DNA of 64,000 nucleotides from Methanobacteriota archaeon (GCA_020696385.1 JAEHCQ010000004.1:96001-160000), one strand, 5' to 3'; shown: positions 9,153 to 20,292, counted from the stretch's first letter. Translations and numbers: made by a program. The notes: a model not told the origin generated them from the letters alone.

Positions 9153-9229
9153 TGGAGGGTGATCGAAATAACACTATTTATTATTGTCGAAGTGAATAAC
9201 GTCAAATGACGAATATGAATATGATTGAA

Positions 9230-10531
9230 TTAACTCTTCTTGGTCTTTTTGGTCGTTGTTTTCTTAGTGGTCTTCTTGACCGTGGACCCTTTTGGGCCAG
9301 GCTCTGTAGAGGTTTCCTCTATGACCACTGGCTTCTGAGCTTCAAGCTCGAAAACAACAGCCTTCGCGATCTTTTGATTCATATCCTTATCGACCTTGTC
9401 AAACCTCTTAACAAGAGCTTTAATCTCCTGTTCCAACTTCTTTGATTTACTGGTAGATAATTTTTCAACTTCTTTTTCCAGGTCAGTTGTCCTGTCATTT
9501 AGGTTATGGATCCTTTTGCTATCTCTGAAAACAGTATCCTTGATCTCTTCAGTTATAGCGGTGTTCTTTTTCAATTCCTTGATCTCTTTTTCTGAGTTTC
9601 TGACCTTAGTGTTCGTTTTTCGGTCTGTGTCCCTCAATTCCTTGATATCATCCAATAGATCATCATTTCCTTTATCATCATCTGCAATGGATTCAAGGCT
9701 ATCAATCTTCAATATAGTTGCCTGTAACTTCTTTCTGAGGCCTTCGAATGAATCATTCAATCCATCTCTGAGGTCATTGAATTCTTTTTCAAGTGCGCTC
9801 ATCTGTCCTTCCATTCCATTGAATTGCTCCTCGATTTCACTGAATTGCTCCTCTACCTCGCCGATAGCGGTCTCTACCTCGACCTCCATCTCGGAAGCAA
9901 TGGCCTCTATCTCGACCTTTTCGAAGGCCTGTATCTCCATCAATTCCCGTTCATATCTGGCAAATCTCTCATGATCGTCTGTCTCTATCTCTCTGTAGAG
10001 TTCCTGAATCAGAATTCTGGCTTTCTCGATCTTCTCTGCCTGTGCCTTTGATTGCTCGTCCAGCCATGGGTTCAATTGCAGTATGTTATCAGATTCCTTT
10101 TTCACATCATCCATATGGGATTCGATGCCTCCAAGGAGCTCCAGGCGCTTGGCACTTGCCAGATCCCTGTCCGCATCCAGTATGGATATGCGATTAGCTT
10201 CATCCTCCGTCCATTGAGTGTATGGGGGAAAGATCTGCATGAAGTCAAAGCTTTTCTCAGAGATCTTGCTTCGAACCTCTTCGAACTCTCCTTCCACGAT
10301 CAGGATCCTTGACCTATTGCTTTTCTTCAATAGAACACTCACACTGTGATTTGGGTGAAAGAAAGCCTCTATGCTGTAAGGAAAGCCTTTGTAAACAGAG
10401 GGCAGGTGCCTCTCATCAATATCCATCTTGCCAAGATACTCTTTGTAATTCGCGACATAGACATCGATGAATTCTTCTATCGCCTTCTTAAGATCATCAC
10501 CCATAAATAAAGCATCATTCTCGGGACTCAT
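9230..10531 (-). CDS. Hypothetical coiled-coil protein with Lys/Thr-rich C-tail
   Basis: 433-aa ORF with long heptad-like E/K-rich helices; ends KKTTKKTTTKKTKKS. Confidence 0.75.
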   Translation of the reverse strand: MSPENDALFMGDDLKKAIEEFIDVYVANYKEYLGKMDIDERHLPSVYKGFPYSIEAFFHPNHSVSVLLKKSNRSRILIVEGEFEEVRSKISEKSFDFMQIFPPYTQWTEDEANRISILDADRDLASAKRLELLGGIESHMDDVKKESDNILQLNPWLDEQSKAQAEKIEKARILIQELYREIETDDHERFARYERELMEIQAFEKVEIEAIASEMEVEVETAIGEVEEQFSEIEEQFNGMEGQMSALEKEFNDLRDGLNDSFEGLRKKLQATILKIDSLESIADDDKGNDDLLDDIKELRDTDRKTNTKVRNSEKEIKELKKNTAITEEIKDTVFRDSKRIHNLNDRTTDLEKEVEKLSTSKSKKLEQEIKALVKRFDKVDKDMNQKIAKAVVFELEAQKPVVIEETSTEPGPKGSTVKKTTKKTTTKKTKKS

Positions 10532-10598
10532 ACTAACACCGCCCTTTAATTGATGCCGAGACCTAAAAACCTTTGGTTCAATAATTAAACGAAAAAAA

Positions 10599-12734
10599 TC
10601 ACTCTTTTACCTGGTCTTTGATGCTCTTCGCGGTGATATCCCCTATCATCGGCACCCTGCTTATGTCCTTCAGTGTGGCTCTTTGTATGGTGTAAATGTC
10701 CTTGTAACCAGCTCGGAAAAGAGATCGGGCTCTTTTCCGCCCAATACCTCTTAATTTGACCAGTGGGACAAGCTCTTCTTTTATTCCGCTCTTCACTCTC
10801 AATACCAATTCATTGAGATCCTCTGTCATCTTATTCCCGAAAAGCCTGGCTATCTCTCTCATTGAATATGTGAGCCATTCTGCGGTATCCACCCTATTCC
10901 TGATGTCACCGGGTCCGACATTGTATTTCAAAACAATGTCGTTCTCCTCAACTTCTTCCATCCAGTCATTTATCAAAAGAGCGGTCTTGACCTCTCCAAG
11001 GAAGAAGTCGAACTCCATGCCATCTGGAATTGGTAGAAGGAAATTATCCATGTTCTCCTCCACCACTTTCTCCACCCAGTCATAGTCCTTCTTTCTCATG
11101 TAGAGATTGTACATATCGGGCGTGGAGCATATGGCCTGCAATATCGCCAATGTGCTTTTTGTCTTGTCCTCTCCAGCTTCTATCGCATCACGTAATTGTA
11201 CAGCGGATAGAGGATCTATATAAAGGTCAGATGTTCGCTTGCCGAATAATGTCGCTTTCAATCCATCATCGGTTCTGATAAGCTCTTCCTTTTCCAGAAA
11301 TTCCAGTATTTCCATGATCTTGCTCTCGATGGACCAGAGCTCACCCTGATGAGCGAAGAAGGTCCCGTCAATGAATTCCATAAGCTCTTCTTCAGAGATC
11401 GCGAATCCAGTTGCGATGGTAGCCAGTATATGCATCCTCAGGGCTGATTCACTTCCCAATTTGGAGGACACGGCCTCGACATCACCCAGTATATATCTCT
11501 CGAGTATCTTTCTTCTTTGATACTCATCCTTGGCTATCAATATTCCTTCACCATAGGGATCGAATTGCGGCCTACCAGCCCTGCCACACATTTGTCTTAT
11601 CTCCAGTACTGGAATTGGAATATTTCCATAATTTGCATCAAATCTGGTCAGGTCCCTTACTATGACCCTTCGGGCAGGGAGGTTGATACCAGCCGCCAGT
11701 GTAGGAGTGGCGACTATGCATTTGATTTTTCTATCCCGAAAGTTCTTTTCAACGAACTTTCTCTGTACATTTGTAAGGCCAGCGTTGTGGAAAGCGATAC
11801 CTCCTTCCAGACACCTTTCCAATCTTGCTCCGAAGGATGTTGGCTCCTCCTCCTTGCTTGATAATTGACCTGCCAGGGTTTTTAATGTGTCTGCATCTTC
11901 CTCTTTCAAAAGTTTGATATTCGCCTTGCTCAACCTCTCGGCCAGGCTTTCGGTAGAGCGTCTTGTGTTCACGAAGACAATACACTGACCATCATCCTCC
12001 AAGGTATCGAGCACCAGTGATACGATATTGTGCTTCCTGTTCAGTATTGGTCTTATGGTATTATCAAGAAATTCTATTTTGTATTCATCAGAGCTTTTAT
12101 CTTCAGTGTATATGCCGTATTTGAGATCAACAGGTCTCCAATCACTGGATACATGAGCCGCACCAAGCCATATTGATAGATCCAATGAATTGCTTATGGT
12201 TGCAGAAAGAGCTATGATCTGCAATTCAGGGTTTACCAGTTTCATCTTCGTGAGTGTGACCTCGAGGGTCGGTCCCCTATTTGGATCATTCATGAGATGC
12301 ACTTCATCCGCGACCACAACTGTCATCTTGTCCAGCCAGCGTGTCCTGTGTCGGAGAAGGGAGTCTGCCTTCTCCGATGTGGCAACAACAATATCCAATT
12401 TTTCCAATGAGGGATCAGGATCATCGAAATCCCCTGTCGCCCTCCCAATTTTAATTCCCAGAACCTCAAATGCCTTTAATTCATCATATTTCTCATTTGC
12501 CAGGGCTTTCAAGGGAACTATGTACAGAGCCTTACCCCCCTCCAATACAGATCTGATGATGCCGATATATGCGACAAGTGATTTGCCACTGGCAGTTGGC
12601 ACTGCCAGTACCAGCGATTCGCCTTTCAATATATGCTTCACCGCATCCGCTTGGGGAGGATAAAGCTCCTTTATGCCCTGATCCTGCAGGATCTCGATCA
12701 TGCGTTTGTCGATAGCCAATTCATCTGTTCTCAT
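10599..12734 (-). CDS. hel308: Ski2-like ATP-dependent DNA helicase Hel308/Hjm
   Basis: PTASGKS, DEVH, SAT, TPTLAAGINLPA, QMCGRAGRP, C-terminal HhH (LRGIGRKRAR). Confidence 0.95.
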   Translation of the reverse strand: MRTDELAIDKRMIEILQDQGIKELYPPQADAVKHILKGESLVLAVPTASGKSLVAYIGIIRSVLEGGKALYIVPLKALANEKYDELKAFEVLGIKIGRATGDFDDPDPSLEKLDIVVATSEKADSLLRHRTRWLDKMTVVVADEVHLMNDPNRGPTLEVTLTKMKLVNPELQIIALSATISNSLDLSIWLGAAHVSSDWRPVDLKYGIYTEDKSSDEYKIEFLDNTIRPILNRKHNIVSLVLDTLEDDGQCIVFVNTRRSTESLAERLSKANIKLLKEEDADTLKTLAGQLSSKEEEPTSFGARLERCLEGGIAFHNAGLTNVQRKFVEKNFRDRKIKCIVATPTLAAGINLPARRVIVRDLTRFDANYGNIPIPVLEIRQMCGRAGRPQFDPYGEGILIAKDEYQRRKILERYILGDVEAVSSKLGSESALRMHILATIATGFAISEEELMEFIDGTFFAHQGELWSIESKIMEILEFLEKEELIRTDDGLKATLFGKRTSDLYIDPLSAVQLRDAIEAGEDKTKSTLAILQAICSTPDMYNLYMRKKDYDWVEKVVEENMDNFLLPIPDGMEFDFFLGEVKTALLINDWMEEVEENDIVLKYNVGPGDIRNRVDTAEWLTYSMREIARLFGNKMTEDLNELVLRVKSGIKEELVPLVKLRGIGRKRARSLFRAGYKDIYTIQRATLKDISRVPMIGDITAKSIKDQVKE

Positions 12735-15700
12735 TTTTCATCCACAGGCTCATTTTGTGTAATATCGGTCTCTTCAACCTGCTTAGATGATTCGATCTCT
12801 TCAATTTGTTCAGGCTTATCATTTGATGCGTCCTCCTCTATATGAGGGACTTCATCATCATCATCATCACCATCATCATCACCGAGGTCTTCATCATCTC
12901 CTGCTGGCTTGGATCTTCTTCCTTTCAGGAACCAGGCAGCGGATATCACACCTACAAGAATTATTATCGGTATCAGGTATAACAGCCACGGAGTTTCGGT
13001 TCCAACTACTGGTAATTCATGGGCAAGGTCCTGGATATCATCAAGTGTGGAGGCTGAATTTCCAGATGTGTCGGTTGCATTTATGTAATAATATACAGTG
13101 CCGCTCTTGGTTTGAGCTGGTATCGTGAAAGAATATTCGTCATCGCTAGTTTCATTATTGCTCATTGACCTTTTCACCCATAGGTCTCCGCCAACTGCCT
13201 TGAAATACAGTGAAACTTCGTCGAGGTCGACATTGTCAGTTACTGTTGCGGAGATCCTTATGGATTTATCTTCCAGTATCTCAGCGTCTTTGAGTACTAT
13301 CACTGGTTTGATATCATCTATTATATTGATCGACCTCAAGCTACTATCATTCTTATTTCCATGAGTATCTGTTGCGGAGATATTGTACGTGATAACTCCA
13401 ATATTATCCTGCTGTGGAATTACAGCTTGATAGTTTCTGGCTACAGGATCGAAACTTAGGTTCATCTCTTTAGCAAAAGGAGCACTGCTTTCCCAATAGA
13501 TCATTGCCACATTTTGAATGGCCGAGAAATCAGTTACTTCCACATCGATAGAGACTGTCTGGCCAACGGGCTGTTCAGTTATGTTTGGCATCACGATCTC
13601 CGGCATTTTCATATCCTTTACCTTAAATGAATATAGGGTGGTATTTCCGGTATTGCCGATCACATCACTCGCCCATATGTACAGGGATACATTTCCCAAT
13701 GCATTCTGCGCTGGTATTGTGGCAGAATATCGATCATTGTTCAAATCTGTATTATTTTCCATATTCAATGCAGAATATGTGCTTTCTCCAACTCCTTTGT
13801 AGTATAGCTTTGTTTCATCGATCTTGCCATTGTAATCCTTTATCTCCGCACTTATGGTCACTGTTTCATCATAATTGACATCGAATGTACCATTCTGCAT
13901 TATCGTGAATAGCATATCAGACACTTCGATGACCAATTGAAGTTGGATAACAGGAGCATCCGTATCTATGCCAGTGCTGAAGCTCCATGAATAGTCTCCA
14001 TCCATGACATTATCCGAGATGTCCTTTGGACCATTGTCAAGAGTTGCTGTGTATGTGGTACTGTAAAGCAATGGGGTCAATGGCGAGAGTCGTATCTCAT
14101 CATCATAATCAGACCAGGTTATGAAGAAATCATTGACATTGAAGGTTCGGTTCCCATCTGTTAAGCTGAAGGTATTTTCCACACTGGCTCTATCCATAGG
14201 TTCAGAGAATTCGATGTAAATTGACTTGAATATTGAAACATCGATGGAGCCATCCAGAGGAGTTGCGGATGTGATAATTGGGTTGTATGTATCCGAAACA
14301 ACACTTCCCGAATGATATATGTTAATTCCAACTTCTCTGTAATCACGCCATACCAGGGATACATCACCATAGACATTGCATGCTATTGCCGGAAAGTTCT
14401 TGGATTGTGTGCTTTCATCATTTACCACATCATAGCCTGTGAAGGTCGATCCACCATCCGAGGATGAGTAAAGGAATACCTGATAACCTCCAAGTCTGGA
14501 ATCTATCCATGTGACATATATTATGCCGCCATCAGGAGTTACTGCTATATCCGAAGCTTGCTGAACTGCAGTGGTGCCGTCAATTATCTTCACATTGCTG
14601 AAGCCATCGGACGAATTGGAATAATGGATGTCGTATATTGGATTGGAATTATCTCCGCCAGTTCCCTTTTGCCAGGTGATGTGGACAATTCCTGTATCTC
14701 TCTCCACATCCAATGCCGGAGTGTTCTCCACCTTGTTAGTTACGGAGATATCAATATCCATGGAGAAGCTGGCACCATTGTCTGTTGAGTTTGCATAATA
14801 TATCCCCTCATTGCCTGTTCTGTCATCACTCCAGACAATGTGGGTGCCATTATTGGCATCCATTACGATATCTGGTGAATTCTTCGATCCTTTCAGTGTA
14901 TCGGATACAATAATTGGATCGCTGAAGGTCTGCCCTCCATCTGATGAGTAAGCACAGAATATTTGACTCTCCAGAAGTCCTTTCATTCTGGAGTTCCCTC
15001 CTGCTGTGGCTATCTCGCCATTTGTTTGCGACCAGTCCAAAGAATACACGGTGTTCCTGTGCCCGCTTAGATTGACAAGATTCATAGTTGAATCTGTGTC
15101 CCATATCCTGGCATTTGGCTCGGATGCTACAGAGGCTAGTTGATCTGTCACTTCATTCCATTGCAGATCATTCACACTTCCTTCATGGCCCTCCAGCCAA
15201 AATTGGTCTGTATAATTTGTATGATTGAAGACCAATATTGAATTATTGGTAAGTCCAGCTGCAATGAAGATATCATCCGGTGACCAGGCCACGGAATTCA
15301 CTTTCGATATTCCAACATCGAAATCATATTCCAGGCTGCCGTTTGTTGGATTCCATACCTTCACATTGTTGGAAGCTGTGGCTATAAGGCCATCATCATG
15401 GCTGAACTTTACGTCCATTATAGAACTGGAGTCTCCACCACCTGACTTTTCATTCACGGTGAAGCTGCTCCAATCTCCTGTATCCCAGACAGTCACATTG
15501 TAATATTCATCAGGCAATCCATCAGAGAATGAATTTGGATTCTCCTTTCCATTGTAACCAACTGCGATATGACCCATATCATCAGAGATATCAACTGCAT
15601 TGGCAGGGTTATCTATCATGATCCCTCCGACCTCATCCAGATCGTCCAATTCATCCAGGGTTACAGGATCCCATATCTTCACGGATCCGTCCCATGAAGT

Positions 15701-16489
15701 GCTGACGAATCTTGATCCATCACTGTACCATGCGATATCTGTAACTATGTCCCTATGGTTGTATATAGAATCGATCTCGGTCCATGTTGTGGTATCCCAG
15801 ACGATGATCGAGCTATCTTCGGAGCCAGATGCTAAGATGTCGCCATCTGGTGAGTATCCCAAACCTCTAACAGCACCTGTGTGTCCATCCAAGGTTTCCA
15901 GTAGATCGCCATTGGTTGGATCCCATATCTTGATAGTGTTATCGGAGCCTGCATCGATCCAACTCACTGCCACATTATCTCCATTGGCAGCTACGGATGG
16001 CCAGTTCTGGATGGAATTGCTCATGTTCGCAACTTCCTGAGGTTCCTCAAAGGACTTTCCGCCATCCATCGATCTGCTTATAAAGACATGATCGTCTTGA
16101 TATGAGTCCTGCCATACGACATAGACATCATCCCCGCCACCATTTGCCAGGGCGGGCATTATCTGATTCCCGTTCGTATTAAGATTCACGGTCTTGTCAT
16201 CTGTAAATGAGGTTCCATTATTGGAGCTGTATGAGATATAAACATTCTTATTACCTCCCCTTTCCTCACTCCATGTGGAGATTATCCTTCCTGAATCAAG
16301 AACAGTTACATCGATATTTGTCTTAAGTCCAGTATAGCTGTCATCATTTACCTTGATGTTCGTGGATAGGCTGATAGCTCCAACATTGGGAGATACATTC
16401 ATTATCAAGCCGGATAACATGGCTGTTATCATCAGCATCGTTATAAACAGGGTGAATTTTTTTTTCAAGTAGACCACCTTTATAGACAT
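12731..16489 (-). CDS. Secreted membrane-anchored protein: BNR/Asp-box propeller with inserted WD40 propeller, Ig-like domains, C-terminal TM and acidic tail
   Basis: Hydrophobic N-terminus; repeated SxDGGxTF Asp-boxes; GH..WD repeats; FSEPMDRASV Ig-like domain; TM segment WLLYLIPIIILVGVISAAWFL. Confidence 0.85.
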   Translation of the reverse strand: MSIKVVYLKKKFTLFITMLMITAMLSGLIMNVSPNVGAISLSTNIKVNDDSYTGLKTNIDVTVLDSGRIISTWSEERGGNKNVYISYSSNNGTSFTDDKTVNLNTNGNQIMPALANGGGDDVYVVWQDSYQDDHVFISRSMDGGKSFEEPQEVANMSNSIQNWPSVAANGDNVAVSWIDAGSDNTIKIWDPTNGDLLETLDGHTGAVRGLGYSPDGDILASGSEDSSIIVWDTTTWTEIDSIYNHRDIVTDIAWYSDGSRFVSTSWDGSVKIWDPVTLDELDDLDEVGGIMIDNPANAVDISDDMGHIAVGYNGKENPNSFSDGLPDEYYNVTVWDTGDWSSFTVNEKSGGGDSSSIMDVKFSHDDGLIATASNNVKVWNPTNGSLEYDFDVGISKVNSVAWSPDDIFIAAGLTNNSILVFNHTNYTDQFWLEGHEGSVNDLQWNEVTDQLASVASEPNARIWDTDSTMNLVNLSGHRNTVYSLDWSQTNGEIATAGGNSRMKGLLESQIFCAYSSDGGQTFSDPIIVSDTLKGSKNSPDIVMDANNGTHIVWSDDRTGNEGIYYANSTDNGASFSMDIDISVTNKVENTPALDVERDTGIVHITWQKGTGGDNSNPIYDIHYSNSSDGFSNVKIIDGTTAVQQASDIAVTPDGGIIYVTWIDSRLGGYQVFLYSSSDGGSTFTGYDVVNDESTQSKNFPAIACNVYGDVSLVWRDYREVGINIYHSGSVVSDTYNPIITSATPLDGSIDVSIFKSIYIEFSEPMDRASVENTFSLTDGNRTFNVNDFFITWSDYDDEIRLSPLTPLLYSTTYTATLDNGPKDISDNVMDGDYSWSFSTGIDTDAPVIQLQLVIEVSDMLFTIMQNGTFDVNYDETVTISAEIKDYNGKIDETKLYYKGVGESTYSALNMENNTDLNNDRYSATIPAQNALGNVSLYIWASDVIGNTGNTTLYSFKVKDMKMPEIVMPNITEQPVGQTVSIDVEVTDFSAIQNVAMIYWESSAPFAKEMNLSFDPVARNYQAVIPQQDNIGVITYNISATDTHGNKNDSSLRSINIIDDIKPVIVLKDAEILEDKSIRISATVTDNVDLDEVSLYFKAVGGDLWVKRSMSNNETSDDEYSFTIPAQTKSGTVYYYINATDTSGNSASTLDDIQDLAHELPVVGTETPWLLYLIPIIILVGVISAAWFLKGRRSKPAGDDEDLGDDDGDDDDDEVPHIEEDASNDKPEQIEEIESSKQVEETDITQNEPVDEK

Positions 16490-16583
16490 TGTATTACATA
16501 CTATAATATTATAGATTTTCGCTATTATTTGATATCATATGCCATTTGAGAGCATATTCCAATCTTTTATCCTCATCATCTCA

Positions 16584-17048
16584 TTATTTGGATCTATTGA
16601 CGATCTCGAATCCTTTCCTGGTTATCAGCCTGTCATTTTCATGCTTTAGCAGTTTCATGGCTTCCTCTTCCCCGGACCATAGATACTCACTGAACTCCTT
16701 CTCCATATTGAGTGTGGGGTCGCCATCCACCTTCATGAGGAAATAATGAACGCTCTTATTGTAATTCATATCATCCGGATACCAGAAAAAGGTGTACCGG
16801 ACGATACCAACTGGCCTATCGATATAAGGTGCTTCAATGCCGGATTCTTCCGTGACCTCCCTCAGGGCATTTTCCCTCAGGGTCTCGCCTTCTTCCCGCT
16901 TGCCCTTTGGAAGTACCCAGATCTTCTCCACCTTCCTCTTCATTATCAATACTTTATTATCATCATTGAACAGAACGCCACCAGCTGATACCACAAGCTC
17001 GGTGGGTTTGTCTGGGTTTGGAGGACCGGTCATTCTCTGATTGCCCAT
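16584..17048 (-). CDS. NUDIX hydrolase
   Basis: SAGGV and PKGKREEGETLRENALREVTEESG Nudix box. Confidence 0.92.
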   Translation of the reverse strand: MGNQRMTGPPNPDKPTELVVSAGGVLFNDDNKVLIMKRKVEKIWVLPKGKREEGETLRENALREVTEESGIEAPYIDRPVGIVRYTFFWYPDDMNYNKSVHYFLMKVDGDPTLNMEKEFSEYLWSGEEEAMKLLKHENDRLITRKGFEIVNRSK

Positions 17049-19132
17049 CAGATCACCTCCGCTGTGCTGGAGCCGTCTTCCAATCTCTTAACCACGATGG
17101 CATTTCCAAGCATATCCTTAACATCCTCTACATGGGTTATCAAGAATATCTGCTTAAATCTATTGCTAAGGCCTGCCAAGGCCGAGAATATATTGTTTCT
17201 GCGACTCATATCCTGGCTGCCAAATATCTCATCCAGGATTATGAAATCCATGCCACTTGTTCCAGCTCTTTCGGCAATGACCTGTGATATGGCCAATCTT
17301 AAACACAGATTGGCCAGGTCCTTTTCTCCACCTGAAAATCTGTCTATGGAATGAATATCACTTTCGTCGGTCATCGTGATCTCATAATCCTCATTTAGAA
17401 TGATCTCATTGTATCTGGAATCCGTGAGAAGACCTATCAATTTGGATGAGGACTGGGACAGCCCTGGGCGTATCCTGGATATCATGTGGGTTCTGAAGCC
17501 TCCAAGTACCTCATCGAGTTTCAGCAGCAAGTCCAATTCCACCTTCTTGACCTTGAATCCTTCCGCAAGGCCATCCAGCTCTTTCAATTCCTTCTCCAGA
17601 GAGGATATCTTGACCTCCAAACGACCGGCCCTTTCCCTGGCCTGGCTGGACTCCCTTTCTATCTTTCTGATCTCGATAGAGATCTTTTCCACCCCTGCCT
17701 TGACCTTTTCATAGCTGGCCTCATCGAACTCCAGCTCTTTCAATTTTTTCTCTGTCTTTGAAAGCTTATCCTGTTTTTCTTCGAGGTCTTTATTTGTGGA
17801 TATAAGCTTCTCCTGAAGGCCAGTCAATCTTTCCATCTTGGATCTCAGCCTGTCGAAGTCCCTTTTCTTTTCATTGAGTATCCTCTCTCTTTTGTCCAGG
17901 GCTTTCATTCGTGCATCCAGGCCCATCATCTTTTCCTCAATGGCCTCTGCTTTTTTACCAGCCTCTTCCTTCTCTTTGAAGAATTTATCCCTGTGCTTTC
18001 CAAAGGATGTTAGTAGTTTTTCATATGTGGCTCCAAGTTTTCTCTGGCATGTGGGACATTCGCTTTCAGCCCCCAGACCTTCGATATCTTTGATATTGAT
18101 ATCGATCTCAGAAATGTCCTTGCTAAGTCTCCTGATGCTGGCTTTCAGCTCGCCAGCATTTGCCTTTATCTCATCTCTTTCTTTTCTTGCCACATCTCTT
18201 TTCTCTGAGACACCATCAAGATCTTTATCCACCCTATTGCTGGATTCCTTCTGCTTGATGAATTCCTTCTCAATCTCTTTAAGGGACTTGATCTCAGTAT
18301 CCAGTTCCTTGCCTTTTTGCTTCAGGGAGAAGATGGTTGCTTTCAAGGAGGCCTTCTCGCGCAAGGCGATATTCTGAGCCTTGGCCTTTTCCTCAAGACC
18401 CTTGATCTTCTTCTTCGCCTCCTTTAATTCATCTTCTTTTTTCTTCAGAATTTTGTCATTTTCCTTCTCCAGCTTGATCTCGACCTTTTCCCTGGATCGG
18501 AGCTCTTTGAGATCCGACTGTATGATCTTTATCTTTTCTTTCCCATCATCATCGTAGAGCCTTTTTCCAGCTTCCTTCAAGCTGGCATCCGCATAGCGTT
18601 TATCCTCTCTCAGGAGTTTGATAGCATCTTCTATATCCTGAATGCCAAGCATTCGAAGTACTTCCTTGCGGCGTGCTGCTGGCTGCAAGGTTGTCAGTGC
18701 ATTCAGCTCTTTTTGTTGAGCGAAGACCGAGATGAAAAAGGCCTTGTGATCCATTCCCAGTACTTTTTCAATTGCTTCAGTGGTCTCCCTGGTGCCATTG
18801 GCCATGATCTTTCCATCTGCCATCAGGGTGGCGGACATGGTGAGATTCTTGCCAGTCATCTTCCTATGCATCCTGTATGTGGTTCGATCCAGTTCGAATT
18901 CCAGAATTGCTTCACAAGGGTCAGAATGGGCCGAGCCCTGCCTCTTCACTCCTTCTCTATCAGTTCTGACTATGGCCTTCTCATTTCCAAAAAGGGCCCA
19001 GGCCACTGCCTCCAGAAGGCTGGACTTGCCTGCTCCATTGAGCCCGATAACCCCTATCAGGCCATTGGGGAATTCCAGTTCCAGGTTCTTGAAGCGTCTG
19101 TAATTCTTCAATTGAAGGTAGGCCAGTCTCAG
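17048..19132 (-). CDS. rad50: DNA double-strand break repair ATPase Rad50
   Basis: Walker A GLNGAGKS, Zn hook CPTC, signature FSGGE, ILDE, LITH. Start is either TTG 19111 or CTG 19132. Confidence 0.93.
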   Translation of the reverse strand: MRLAYLQLKNYRRFKNLELEFPNGLIGVIGLNGAGKSSLLEAVAWALFGNEKAIVRTDREGVKRQGSAHSDPCEAILEFELDRTTYRMHRKMTGKNLTMSATLMADGKIMANGTRETTEAIEKVLGMDHKAFFISVFAQQKELNALTTLQPAARRKEVLRMLGIQDIEDAIKLLREDKRYADASLKEAGKRLYDDDGKEKIKIIQSDLKELRSREKVEIKLEKENDKILKKKEDELKEAKKKIKGLEEKAKAQNIALREKASLKATIFSLKQKGKELDTEIKSLKEIEKEFIKQKESSNRVDKDLDGVSEKRDVARKERDEIKANAGELKASIRRLSKDISEIDINIKDIEGLGAESECPTCQRKLGATYEKLLTSFGKHRDKFFKEKEEAGKKAEAIEEKMMGLDARMKALDKRERILNEKKRDFDRLRSKMERLTGLQEKLISTNKDLEEKQDKLSKTEKKLKELEFDEASYEKVKAGVEKISIEIRKIERESSQARERAGRLEVKISSLEKELKELDGLAEGFKVKKVELDLLLKLDEVLGGFRTHMISRIRPGLSQSSSKLIGLLTDSRYNEIILNEDYEITMTDESDIHSIDRFSGGEKDLANLCLRLAISQVIAERAGTSGMDFIILDEIFGSQDMSRRNNIFSALAGLSNRFKQIFLITHVEDVKDMLGNAIVVKRLEDGSSTAEVI

Positions 19133-20268
19133 AGTTCTCCCCCCGCCTTCTCAATATATTCAAGTCCTCGTTTTCTGAGAGCTTCTTTGTCAATTCCTTC
19201 CACAGCCTTTTGCTCAATATAGCCAGCAAATTCTTTTTCCAGGGAATCGAATATCGAATTGCCAGATGAAATGGCCTGCTCGCTGGATGTCAGCTCTGCC
19301 TTGATCTCAAAATGCAGACTTTCTTTCATCCTCTTTTTCAAATTGCCAGTATCCAGGAGATGGTATTCACTGGATATCACGTCGATCAGCTTGAGCCTGA
19401 TGATCTTGCCATCTGGCTTCACCCTTGCCAGCTTCTTCTCAATGGCATTCATGATCTCCTGGGATTTCAAGCCCTGGCATTTTACCGGGCCAATGTCCAT
19501 CATTTCCCGAATATCAATAGCATGGAACTTCCACTTGCCAGTTTCCAGATCCAGCATCACGAAACCCTTGTCCTGGCCTACCTCGCCAAAGCCCAACCTT
19601 TCGGTCGAACCCGCATAGACTGCGTTTGCAGTCACCTCGCAATGATCGTGATAATGTCCAAGTGCGATATAATCGAAGTCCTTGCTCAAGTTTCCGGATT
19701 GAGCAAGCTGTTCATTGAACTCGCCTGTCTTGAAAACACTCAAGCCAGCGACTCCCGCATGCAACATCGCGATATTGTGCTTGAACTTCTTGTCTGGCTT
19801 TAATTTCTTCAATTCTTCATCAAATGTATCTTTATCAATGCAATGTGGAAGAGCGTGAACTTTCAATTCTCCAAATTTGAAAGTCTCCAGATGGCTTTTG
19901 TAAACCGGAAATACAGACTCGATATGCTCGAACAATCTGAACACGCTCCCCGTTTCTCTGAGGCGGGGAGCCTCATGGTTGCCGGCGATCATGACCAGGG
20001 GTATGCCAGCCTCTGATAATCGAAGGATCTCCTCCATCGCGAAAGATATCGCGCGATTGGTCGGCCTCACCGTGTCGAAGAGATCTCCCGAATGAAGCAC
20101 CAGATCAGGCTTTTCCCGAATTGCGAAGTCAATTATTTGGGAAAAAGAATTCTGTATATCTATCTCACGCTGATTGTATCCATTATCATCCAGCTTATTG
20201 TAGGTGCTGTAGCCGATATGGCTGTCGGAGAAATGTAATATCTTCATTTCTTTCCCCATTTTTTTCAT
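19129..20268 (-). CDS. mre11: DNA repair nuclease Mre11
   Basis: SDSHIG, SGDLFD, GNHE, ALGHYH, YAGSTE phosphoesterase motifs. Confidence 0.94.
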   Translation of the reverse strand: MKKMGKEMKILHFSDSHIGYSTYNKLDDNGYNQREIDIQNSFSQIIDFAIREKPDLVLHSGDLFDTVRPTNRAISFAMEEILRLSEAGIPLVMIAGNHEAPRLRETGSVFRLFEHIESVFPVYKSHLETFKFGELKVHALPHCIDKDTFDEELKKLKPDKKFKHNIAMLHAGVAGLSVFKTGEFNEQLAQSGNLSKDFDYIALGHYHDHCEVTANAVYAGSTERLGFGEVGQDKGFVMLDLETGKWKFHAIDIREMMDIGPVKCQGLKSQEIMNAIEKKLARVKPDGKIIRLKLIDVISSEYHLLDTGNLKKRMKESLHFEIKAELTSSEQAISSGNSIFDSLEKEFAGYIEQKAVEGIDKEALRKRGLEYIEKAGGEL

Positions 20269-20292
20269 ATCATTCGATCTATGCCAGTATCC

